Shown here piece by piece: positions 54,238 to 64,000 of a stretch of DNA of 64,000 nt. Source of the DNA: Cyanophora paradoxa CCMP329 (Eukaryota > Plantae > Glaucophyta). Each line of letters starts with the position of its first letter. Position 1 is the first letter of the stretch. Both the position numbers and the translations under genes were made by a program. A model generated the notes under the pieces. That model saw only the letters and a list, made by a program, of their open reading frames with translations, ran no database searches and had not been told where the DNA came from. The stretch is from contig QPMI01000158.1 in assembly GCA_004431415.1 (NCBI GenBank), positions 45,807-109,806 on the forward strand. The letters run 5' to 3'.

Positions 54238-54972
54238 TTAAAGCCAAACTCGTCTTTTATATACTGTGGGAGCTACTCCCTTTTCTACTTCAGCTTTAGT
54301 GGCACCAGGTTCAATGGTTCCCTTTTGGGTCTTTGTTTTCATTTCATCTACTGCTTGCTCATCGATTTGGGTCTCTTTCTTAGCAATAAACTGTTTATCT
54401 GGGACACCAGTAATGCCCATTTTATAAACTTCCTTTCGAAGCATCTCCTTTAGCTTAGCCCTCTCTTTCTTCTCAGTAACATACTGCTCCAAGGCACTTG
54501 ATTTGGCTTCCAGATCTTTGAGTTTAGCAGTCACCTCATCCCATTGAGCCTTGGGAATTCGATGAATATTTTGAGTGGGAGCAGTCTTATATGTGACTTC
54601 ACCAGCCATAGACTGGATAACCTTGTCTGATTCCTTACTTAGACCTTCACCTTTGCGAGCCAGTGAAAGATCTTGCAAGCCTAAACCTTTATCATCAGCA
54701 GCACCAATAATTCGCCTGGCTCCCTCAGCAACAGCCTTCATCTTTGAGGCTTCAGGTGAAATGTTGAGTTGATCACTGGTTGAAGCCTGTGGGGCTTTGT
54801 CATCAAATGATTCCTCATAGGCAGCATTGAGGGGGTCTTCTTGTTGTTGAGAGGGCTTCACCTCATTCATACCATTGAATTTCATTGGTTCAGTATTAAT
54901 GGATCCATTGTTTCCACCACCTGAATAGCCAACAGCCCCAGCTGGGATCCCTATCTTTCGTTTGGGAGGCAT
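54238..54972 (-). CDS. Hypothetical MPPK... protein (244 aa)
   Basis: Syntenic with 26489-27160. Confidence 0.7.
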   Translation of the reverse strand: MPPKRKIGIPAGAVGYSGGGNNGSINTEPMKFNGMNEVKPSQQQEDPLNAAYEESFDDKAPQASTSDQLNISPEASKMKAVAEGARRIIGAADDKGLGLQDLSLARKGEGLSKESDKVIQSMAGEVTYKTAPTQNIHRIPKAQWDEVTAKLKDLEAKSSALEQYVTEKKERAKLKEMLRKEVYKMGITGVPDKQFIAKKETQIDEQAVDEMKTKTQKGTIEPGATKAEVEKGVAPTVYKRRVWL

Positions 54973-55000
54973 TGTATCTTTATTAGAATGAGAGATAATT

Positions 55001-55783
55001 TTATAAACCGCGTTTATATCGCATCAATTTATTGCTATGGACTTGGCTTTTCACTTCTTTAGGGGCTTCCTCTTTCTCTGGAGGTTTCAGTTCATCTTCT
55101 TTCTTTTTTGGCTTCCTGTGGAAGCGAGGAAATGGGAAATCTTTCACAAGCTCAGCTTTATCTACATAGTATTTAACTGAGTAGTTTGCAGAGGACCAAA
55201 TGATATACTGATAGGAGTGAACATACTCTTCAAACATCTTGTAGAAATCCTCTTTATTTCGCATTATATTGTATTCTTCCTCTATGGCTTCCAGTTCTTT
55301 GCGATTTGCAGCACTTAGAAACATTGCATAATCCGAATTTACTCGAATAGTCGAAGAGACTTTTCTTAGCTTTTGTGTGATGCAGATAATGGATATTTTC
55401 GAATGGCGACCTCTGGAATACAGAGATCCGATTATTTTATCCCTTGTGAGATCGACTATCTCATTATCGATTAAATCATCTAAAACCACACACAATTGGT
55501 TAACAGGTTCACCTTTCTCTATTTTCTCTTGCCTTTCATCTAGCAATTTAGCAATGTAAGGGGCATCCCATTTTCCCAGTTGCAATGTTGCAACTTTATC
55601 CCAGAAATGATTGAAGCTGGTTCCACTCACAACTAATACAACATCAATCTTTTTGGCATCATGCAACTGCTTCAACCAATACTTCACAGCTTCTGATTTA
55701 CCAGTTGCTGATTTTCCTATTGCCAGTACACGAAATGGTGGCTCTATCATTTCACCAGCCACAAATTCATCCAAATCAGTCAT
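55001..55783 (-). CDS. A32-like packaging ATPase
   Basis: GKSATGKS, VVLDD, RGRH...TQ. Confidence 0.93.
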   Translation of the reverse strand: MTDLDEFVAGEMIEPPFRVLAIGKSATGKSEAVKYWLKQLHDAKKIDVVLVVSGTSFNHFWDKVATLQLGKWDAPYIAKLLDERQEKIEKGEPVNQLCVVLDDLIDNEIVDLTRDKIIGSLYSRGRHSKISIICITQKLRKVSSTIRVNSDYAMFLSAANRKELEAIEEEYNIMRNKEDFYKMFEEYVHSYQYIIWSSANYSVKYYVDKAELVKDFPFPRFHRKPKKKEDELKPPEKEEAPKEVKSQVHSNKLMRYKRGL

Positions 55784-55848
55784 TGTTGTATATCTTTCTT
55801 AATAAAGACATATAAAAATAATGCAGGGAGACTGAATATCGTAACAAT

Positions 55849-57219
55849 CTATAAATTAATTCTGCGTAAACCATCTTTGTCGACAATAATAAAGCTATGC
55901 ATGAGAGCGCGAACATTAACATCGATTACCTTATCTGAAGGCATGTAGAGGGTGAGGAATGAAGAGGAGGAATTTGTTAAATCAACATAACCAGACTGGG
56001 CAATATTTCGAATCGCCTTTTCTCCATCAAGGCAGAAAGGCAATCCTGAAAGGACATAGCGATCAGCAACCTTATCCATGTTAGAGCATTTGAAGGCATC
56101 AGCAATTAGCTCAGCACCTTTGAGTAGGGAAATTGGCTCAGTGGCAAAAAGTCGCTGACCATTTATTTCAGTTGTAAATGTTATGTCTTTGGAGTTGGCA
56201 TAGGTCTTAAGAACACTGTGGGAGCCATTGGATTTGTCAACAGTTGCATTATCACGAATTGAAACAAGCAGAGCATATACAAGACCTGAGATTTGAGAGA
56301 GGTTAATTCGATTGGGTTGGGCATTGCCCTTAGCAGGGAAAGCAATAGCATCAACAAATCCAATATCAAGGGAGGGAATAGCCATGCCAGTAGTCTTAAC
56401 TTTTTCAATTACAGTAGCGAAAAGCTCATCAGAAACATTAATAGCATGCATATAAAGGCGAGGAGAAGTAATTGAAATTTCAGGAGTTGTTGCACCAAGA
56501 GTAAAGTCTGTGATGTTTTGACCAACATTTGCCAGAACAGTTTCAGCAGGGGCAGTTCCAAGACCATCATCTTTTGAATAATCTACATCAGCTGCTGCAA
56601 CAGTAAGACCACGACCACCATAGGATGTTTCAACATAGCCTTTTCCAACATCCTTAAACCAAACAGTAACAACCATTTCACCAGATAAAGCACCAAGGGG
56701 AAGGTAGTGATTTAGCCAAGGCACTGGAATTTCAACGAAAAATGAGCCACCAAGTCGGTTGGTTCCATGAGCAGGGATGCCATGAACCATGCCCATTGAT
56801 CGTTTCTTTTTAGCTAGTTGATCCTCCGAATAATAGACCAGGGGGAAATGAGCAAGGAAATCAGATGGAATATGGTAGGTGTAAGATCCATAGGTAATTT
56901 CAAGTCGCTGAACTAAAGCACCAACTGGGCGAGTGTATCCATTGCGAACTAGATCAGTATCACCAGCAAAAGTGATGGCTGGAAGGTCGAAAGCAAGTTC
57001 GAGTTTTCCACAGAAATTGTAGCGAGGTAGCTTGAAGGAAATGCGATTTCCTACATTATTTGTGAAAGTATTACTAGGATTCACAACAACTAGAACTGGC
57101 TTAGACTTGGATTCGAGACCAAGCATAAGGGAGTTATCCAGGAAAAAGGCTTTCGCCTCCTCTGGGGTTGTTAGGGCTTCTTTCAGCGAAAGTCTTTGAA
57201 GAGTGGAAGTGATATCCAT
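55849..57219 (-). CDS. Putative major capsid protein of element 2
   Basis: Homolog of 28147-29595 (LPRYN, LSQISGLVYAL, GYVDLT). Confidence 0.75.
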   Translation of the reverse strand: MDITSTLQRLSLKEALTTPEEAKAFFLDNSLMLGLESKSKPVLVVVNPSNTFTNNVGNRISFKLPRYNFCGKLELAFDLPAITFAGDTDLVRNGYTRPVGALVQRLEITYGSYTYHIPSDFLAHFPLVYYSEDQLAKKKRSMGMVHGIPAHGTNRLGGSFFVEIPVPWLNHYLPLGALSGEMVVTVWFKDVGKGYVETSYGGRGLTVAAADVDYSKDDGLGTAPAETVLANVGQNITDFTLGATTPEISITSPRLYMHAINVSDELFATVIEKVKTTGMAIPSLDIGFVDAIAFPAKGNAQPNRINLSQISGLVYALLVSIRDNATVDKSNGSHSVLKTYANSKDITFTTEINGQRLFATEPISLLKGAELIADAFKCSNMDKVADRYVLSGLPFCLDGEKAIRNIAQSGYVDLTNSSSSFLTLYMPSDKVIDVNVRALMHSFIIVDKDGLRRINL

Positions 57220-57272
57220 TATATTCTCTTTTATTATACTGCAACATAAAAAATCTACCAATGATCCTTAAT

Positions 57273-58281
57273 TTATGCGAAGTTTGTAATAACTGGATAG
57301 GAAGGGTGAAGCTGCGACATTCTCATCTTATAGTATTCATAAACTGGGTCCCCAGCTGGCTCATCACCATAGCGAATTTCAAAGGTAAGATGAACAGGTT
57401 GACCCTCGAAATCAATTGGTTCATTAACAGCATTCACAATATCAACCGAGAAAGTGGATAATCCAACCTTCTTATTATAGTATTTGTAAAGTGGATGAGC
57501 CTCTGTCGAATTGTAAACTACATGCTCACCATAATCTTTGTCAGGGACCACTATTTTATGGAAGTAACCAGTCAGGAGACCATCCCACATTGCACCAGAT
57601 CACCCAGCTCCTTTACTCTCACAAACAAAACACTGTCCCTGGTCATTTCAGGCTCAAATGAAGATATAATACCGTTTACTCGAGTTCCAGTAAAGATTCC
57701 ATCAGTGAGAGCATCATAGACCTGTGATTTGATTGGGGAATTACCATATCTTCCAGGATCAAGACCAAAAAGTCGAGCTGAGCTTAACAGCTTTTGGATT
57801 GTTTTCAGGTTTGGGTCTACAGCAAGTGAGAAAGCCAGGTAAAACTTTTTTTCGGAATGGAATATAATTCGTTTCAGTGACTCATCCCATTTGCAGCGAA
57901 CAGATGGTTTAGGATTTCTGTCATTAAACTTTTCATTTATAACATTCACCAGCTGTTGGTGGTTTTGAATGGGGTTTCGCGATTTACAATGAATTGTTTC
58001 CATTGTTCAAAATCAGCAGCTGGGCGAGTTGTTGGAATTCCTGTAATTCCAGCTCCCGCAAGCTCTTCAGAATAATAAATACTAAAAGTGTTGTCAACTG
58101 TTATATCTCCTGCTTTGGTTTCACCACTCACCATAGGGATGCTGTTATAAAATTCGGCTGAGACCAGTCTCACAGCCCTCACATTCTCATAAGTACTGGG
58201 GAGTCTAGCCACAAAGCTTGATGTGGGACCATCACCAGAGATTGTATTAAATGAGCTAACCTCGATGTAATCCACAGGCAT
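57273..58281 (-). pseudogene. Penton-like protein A, split into three frames
   Basis: ORFs 57946-58281, 57572-58003 and 57273-57590 together span the N- and C-terminal penton signatures. Confidence 0.7.
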
Positions 58282-58310
58282 TCTTCTTTTATCTATATTT
58301 ATATATTAAA

Positions 58311-59243
58311 ATGAACCGGCTCGTTAATATTGATAGCAGGGATAGAAGCCAAGGACAAAATGAAAACTCTTACAGGGTCACCCTCACAACTCCAGTAGAG
58401 AGACCAAGGGAATGCAGGGTTCTATATGCAGAGATTCCAAACAGCATCTATAACAGTGTGGGAACTGATCATCTAACAGTTCAGTTTAATTACCAAGATG
58501 GTTCATATAACCAAGTGATCACACAACAAGTGTATCCCCTTCCCAGTGGCTACATCAATCAGGGTCATTTTGGGGTAACACACCCTTATAATTATGGGCT
58601 GAATTATTCAAGCTTCCAAACCATTGCAGGCAAAACAGTAGCTTTTGAGTTCAAGATATTCTATAACCCAACTACCTATAAAGTGGAGTTTTACAGTAAC
58701 CATGAGTTTCGTTTTATTGCAAGCAACCAGAGAATAGGGAAGCTTTTGGGTGTAAGTTCTACTGAATACACCAATGGGTATTATAGCACTCCTCCTGTTG
58801 GTGGATCACCCTATCGACCTGAGAACCTGTTAAAGTATGATGGCAAACCTATTACACCTGATCACCCAGCATGGGGAACCACCTTTTCAGGACCCAGACT
58901 CTCATCTAAGCCCTTGCAATATTATTTTGACAGCAGAAAGATGTCTGATATGAATGCTGAGCAGTATCTATACATGCACATTAAAGAGCTTGCCCCTTTT
59001 GCCAGCAGACACAATATAGTTCCGAAATCGCAACCACATAACCAGGGGGCAATCCTTAGATTGCAATTGAGTAAGGATATAGGTGGCTATGTTTACCATA
59101 GTGGTGAGCATGCAGAATTCATTCAGATAAATGACAGAAACCTGGTGATAAGGGAACTCACAGTTGAATTTAAAGATTACTTTGGTGAACTGATTGATAT
59201 GAATGGAATCGATAATTCTTTTCAGTTGGAGTTTATCGAATAA
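58311..59243 (+). CDS. Penton-like protein B
   Basis: NIDSRDR...AEIPNS; IDMNGIDNSFQLEF. Confidence 0.8.
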   Translation: MNRLVNIDSRDRSQGQNENSYRVTLTTPVERPRECRVLYAEIPNSIYNSVGTDHLTVQFNYQDGSYNQVITQQVYPLPSGYINQGHFGVTHPYNYGLNYSSFQTIAGKTVAFEFKIFYNPTTYKVEFYSNHEFRFIASNQRIGKLLGVSSTEYTNGYYSTPPVGGSPYRPENLLKYDGKPITPDHPAWGTTFSGPRLSSKPLQYYFDSRKMSDMNAEQYLYMHIKELAPFASRHNIVPKSQPHNQGAILRLQLSKDIGGYVYHSGEHAEFIQINDRNLVIRELTVEFKDYFGELIDMNGIDNSFQLEFIE

Positions 59244-60787
59244 AGGCACCTGTGAAATCAACTCTCATTGTGGGAGCATTCACATACACAAGGGGATAAA
59301 TGCGAATATATTTAATTCTGAGAGAAAAACCTATGTAAAAAGCATCCTTGATGCTGAGAGGGAATCCACTCAATAAAGCCACATCACCTGAGTTGTGAGC
59401 ATTGTTAATGTTCTCACAGACATACATTTTGTTTTGCCCATCTGATCGAATAAAAGACCAGTTGATCCCATCAGTGGATGTTGCCACATTGAAAGTCTTA
59501 ATAAAAGCATTGGTGTCCCCTGAGCCATAGGCAATCACAGAGGAGAGTTCAAAAGTGTATGGGAAAGCAACTTGAAGGTATTCAGTGGGGGTTTCCCATA
59601 TCTGCTCAGGAGCATAGGCTCCAGCTTCCCAGCCAAATGCTGAAGGTCTAGCCATGAAAGGCTCTTTACCTGTCACAGAGGATGAGGCAGTAAAGGCATC
59701 ATCTGCAAGCTGATACCAATTGGCATCCAAAGGAGGTGATGTAGTGAGAGTGGATGAAATGTAAGCCTTTGTAGGGTTCTTTAGTTCATAGTTTGCTACT
59801 AGTAGGCTGCAAAGCTTATTAATCATATCATTGTTTGCTGCAATGTATGTTTCAGTGAATGCAAGCATGTCTGGGATTTTAGAAGTGTCATCCAGGGAGC
59901 TTACTATATGATTTGGAAGTGGGACTGATAGCCTATAGTATCTCCCATAATCCTGATCATAGTTGTAGGGTAACAACTCCTCCATCTTATCAGGGCAGAA
60001 AGCTCACTTGCAGCCATGAGCATGTTAATCAATGGGCTTCCATCTGTTGAGGCAATCCATGAGAGAATGCCCAGCTGTTTACAGTCTCATAAGCATAACC
60101 CACATAATCAGACTCTAAATGTGGGTCCACCTCTCCACAAGAGATGCTTATTACTATTATATCATCATCATCACTGTAAATCTTCTTTGCATGGCTGTAA
60201 CCACACACACTGGGATTATTGTTTCCCGAAATGGCACCATCAATGAGACAGACATATACTCCCCGATTGAAATCAACAATGCTTACAGGAGAGAAATATG
60301 TAGGAGCAGCAGAAGTAGCCCTAGCAGCAATCTTACAAGGCATAAAGTTGTAGTTGTTGTCATTTGTGATAAATATTGGTTTCATATTCTGAGTATCAAA
60401 GGATGTAATCACAATGTCCTTTAGGGAATCCTGTATTAGTGATTCACCAGTAACTGAATTGATTGCAGTCTCCAAGGGTCCCACATCATACTTTGTATTA
60501 AAAAGGGCATTTTCGATTATATTTCGAGGATTTGCGAAAATCAAGGGCAGTTGAGTTAGGTAAATATTGTGTAAATCGTTTGCTGTCAGTTTAGGTTCAC
60601 CTGGTCTATCAGGATGCCTTATATTCAAACCAATTGCAATGATCCCACCAGTGGAAGTTCCACTCACAAGATCCACAAGATCGATTATTCTCCTGCCAGT
60701 TCGATTTTCGATTTCTTTTAGCAGCCTGGTTATGATAATGCCCCTTGCACCCCCGCCAGAAAGACTTAAAACGACCTTGAGAGGCAT
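59233..60787 (-). CDS. Patatin-like phospholipase fused to an F5/8 type C (discoidin) domain, frameshifted near 59990-60060
   Basis: SGGGARG, GTSTG, ATSAAPTYF, DGA. The downstream ORF starts with a patatin-type tail (YYRL...LDD...YI..N...I.KLC), then STDGINW...YIRIYP...MRVDF. Confidence 0.75.
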
Positions 60788-60830
60788 CTTTTACTTATCA
60801 GGAATTTTATAAATCCATATAGTAAAAGCC

Positions 60831-63800
60831 ATGAGCTTCAATTACCCACCAAATCTAGAAACCATTCAAGATGATAATGCAAGCAGCACCAAGCATGTGA
60901 ACTTTGATAATATTAAAGTAAAGGGTTCAGTTTCGATTGACCACAGTTCCGATAATTCATCAAAGACTCAATCGAGGGAGCATGCTTTATCTGTGAATCA
61001 AACTGATCCAGATAAAGAGGATGTCAGTGTTGCTTTTAGTTTGGGTAATGTGAAAGCAAACCAAGTGGCAGAGATCAAAGCAACAAGAAGGAGACCTAGG
61101 AAACTAAAACCAGTGGCACTCACCCAGATATACCTTCCAGGTTTGACAGTGGTCGTCTGGTTTTCAATGTTCAAGATGAGCAGGGCAAACAGAACACAGC
61201 TTTGCGAATTTACAATGAGGGCAGCACTGCAAAAGCTGAGGTCCCCAAGTATTGCAAGTGGGTCCCATTGCCAACACAAATCAGGTCTCCTACACAAATG
61301 ATGTATACCCAAGGATATTACATATGACTTTGCGAGGAATGAGCCTTTTGGGTTTTTTACTCCAAAAGATGTCACCAAAAAAGCCATCAATTACAATCAA
61401 CAGTAGCCCCAGTCAACCAGTAGCAATCCATTTACACCCTGATTTAGTCGAAATGGATAGGCAACCTTTTGCCTTTGTATAGCAATGTGAAAGACCTTGG
61501 AATTCGAACCAGGCAATGGCGAAATATCCATGGCAGCAATGTGTATGCAAATGGGGAGAAACTTGTGAGTGAGAAAACTCTAAGGGAAATAATCGAGCAT
61601 TATGGTCCAATGGACCAACAGTCCCATTCCTATTCCATTTCCCAATGGACCACCCGATTTAACACCAAAGAAGCAGCCTGGAAGAGAATACACAGCAACT
61701 GAAGATGTAGCCTTTGGGCAGCATATTGTTAGTTGGGAGCAAGTTCGCAATAACCTATAATTGAACCCAGAAAGCAAATAGATGAGCAGTATTTACCTCC
61801 TGAAGTCGATATATTAGAGCTTGATGATATCAATTCGTTCCAGATGAGGAAGAATATTTACCAGATGGTTTTGACCCACAAGAATATGAATATGATCAGT
61901 TTGACCCCAATGAGGAGGAGATACTACCAGATGGCTTAGATCCCAAGAGTTTGAGTATGAGCAGAACTATGAACCTGATGAGGAGTATTTGCCAGATGGG
62001 CATGATCCACCAGCTGTTGATTATGAGCAACCTTATGAACCCCATGAGGAATTGTTACCAGATGGATTTCGACCTGAGATCTGGGAGTTCTTTCCTGATT
62101 ATGAACAAATTATAATAAACCTGCAAAGTATCCCCCAGAGGATCACAATCATGATTGGGATGAGATCTTAGGCAAACCTCAGAAGTATCCACCAGAGGAT
62201 CACAGGCATGATTGGGGTGAAATTGATGGGATTCCAACTGAGTTCCCACCAAGCAAACATGAACATACTTGGGATGAGATCAACGACCAACCAGAATTCG
62301 CAAAGGTAGAGCCTCTTGATAACTTGGGGGTTTCTCTTTACCAGACTTGTAATGTCCCTGAAAGGATCTTTTTGAATGAACACTATGTTCATGTGAATGG
62401 GACACTTGCTAATTCAGCTATGAGAGGACCACTTCATATTAGGACATTACCAGGCTCTTATAATCCACCACCTGAACCAGGAGCGACCATACCAAATATC
62501 TTTGTGTCAAGCTACATGGAGGCTGACATTCCCACAGATACATTCAGAGTCCCAACAGACCCAGCAACCTACCAAAATTACAACTCTGCTATACAGGTTC
62601 ATGTAGCAGATGTAAGCAGCTTAGATGGCTCAAGACCAATGATAGTTTTCAGTCGAGATAAGTATTCCTACATTCCCATAGTGGGAACTGCAAATGATAA
62701 TTATGGGAGGGCAGAGCTTGCATGGATTAAAACAGATTATGGTGGGGTTCTGGAAGCCAATCAGAGGATGGCTGCAAAAAACATACACAATGAGAGCATT
62801 TCGAGAGTGGTCACAGAGGATTACCTTACTGCTGTTGTTCTTGTGAATATAGTCACCCTTGCTATGCTCGCAAATTATGTAACTAAAAATGAACTTGCAG
62901 TCGAATTATCAAAGTATCTTCTTAAAACTGGTGGAACAATCACAGGGGACCTAACTGTCACCAGTAACCTTTACACAAGTAACCTTTATGCAAGTAATAT
63001 AACTGTTGATTATCTTACTGTTACATCTAATGCAAACCTTCCACATCATCCAACTTCAAATGTTGTGGATGGTGGATCAAAAACCATACCACACCAAAGA
63101 CCAAATTATAGATTTTGATCACACCCATGCCTGGTCCGAATATTGTGGACAGACCATTGACTTTTTCCCCCAGATGATCACACACATGCCTGGTCAAATA
63201 TTGTAGACAAACCTATCACCTTCCTCCTGATACTCACACTCTGATTATACCCAGATCACCAACTGTAATCACAGACACCCTTGGGGTGAAATTGACCAGC
63301 AACCCAAATTTGCATCTGCAGGCAATCTGTTAACAGACTTCCACATGGTGTGAGTCTTTACCAGAGTAATACCATACCTGAGAGGCTACAACTAAATGAT
63401 TATTATGTCAATCGAAAGGTATTGATGCAGGGACACTATGGAAGGTGAATTATACATCAGACCCCCTACAAGAATGCAGATTGCAGCAGGTGGAAACTTT
63501 GGAGCATTGGACACCAAACAGGTATCTATTTAACCAAGTTACTATGCTGATGACATCCCAATGACAGGAGGTTTACCACCACTCCCATCTGATCCAGTCA
63601 ACTATGATGACAAAGATGCAGCAATCCAAATTAATGTTACTGATGTGAGTGATTTGGATGGTTCAAGACCAAAATTAATATTGCAGAGAGAGACTGTTAC
63701 CTGATGTTTCTAGGAAATCGAGATGACTATAAGAGATGTGAGTGGCATGGATAAAAACGAATTTAATGTGGAGTGGGTGAGGGAGTTTTAGAAATTAATC

Positions 63801-64000
63801 AAAGGGCAGCAAGAATATTCACAATGAGACATATAAGAGTGGTCACAGAGGATTACCTTCAAGCCCAGAACTACATAGATGAAACAGAACTTAATACATC
63901 ATTGCAGGTATAGGAGTCACAGGAAATTACCTCCCTCTCACAGGTGGGTATTGATGGAACAGTAACAGCATGCAACTTCTTTGTCCACACTGAAAGCAAT
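60831..64000 (+). pseudogene. Heavily frameshifted fibre-like gene(s), homologous to 35292-38435
   Basis: DGSRP.I.FSR.K..YIP.VG...AWIKT..GG.LE.NQRMAAKN module present twice; acidic LPDGFDP repeats ~61850-62110. Confidence 0.7.

Larger units (their letters stand above)
43567..64000. mobile_element. Element 2: second Maverick/Polinton-like virus, right end outside the window (predicted TSD GCCGCG)
   Basis: Starts ACACATAT like element 1; abrupt GC drop; syntenic INT-PolB-helicase-ATPase-MCP-penton genes. Confidence 0.93.

Noticed and set aside
1-64000. tRNA/rRNA genes and a host species assignment
   Set aside because: No RNA gene recognisable by eye, and nothing here identifies the host beyond a GC-rich eukaryote.

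Overview
Eukaryotic DNA from a GC-rich, intron-containing genome (host not identifiable) carrying two related endogenous Maverick/Polinton-like viruses (PLVs), in the same orientation and 2.3 kb apart. Element 1 (13415-41262, ~27.8 kb) is complete, with ~1.48-kb terminal inverted repeats (TIRs) and a 6-bp target-site duplication (TSD, GGCGTC). It encodes an rve integrase, protein-primed PolB, primase-SF3 helicase, A32-like ATPase, double-jelly-roll major capsid protein, two penton-like genes and fibre/C1q genes. Element 2 starts at 43567 and runs off the window; it is syntenic but has a non-homologous primase-helicase, a patatin-discoidin gene, strong CpG depletion and many frameshifts distally. 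The flanks are a degenerate segmental repeat with TMEM94-like exons and an unknown minus-strand gene. Most notable: (i) each element has its own iteron-pair, origin-like cassette, once just downstream of its helicase gene and twice in the TIR, co-varying with the helicase type; (ii) both elements end in a 28-bp fold-back stem with conserved CTCGGC...GCCTCA inner flanks; (iii) both PolBs appear to have lost their proofreading motifs; (iv) host paralogous copies differ by many stereotyped XYZ -> XYZ-revcomp-XYZ 6-bp insertions. All family calls are from motif recognition by eye; no database search was run.
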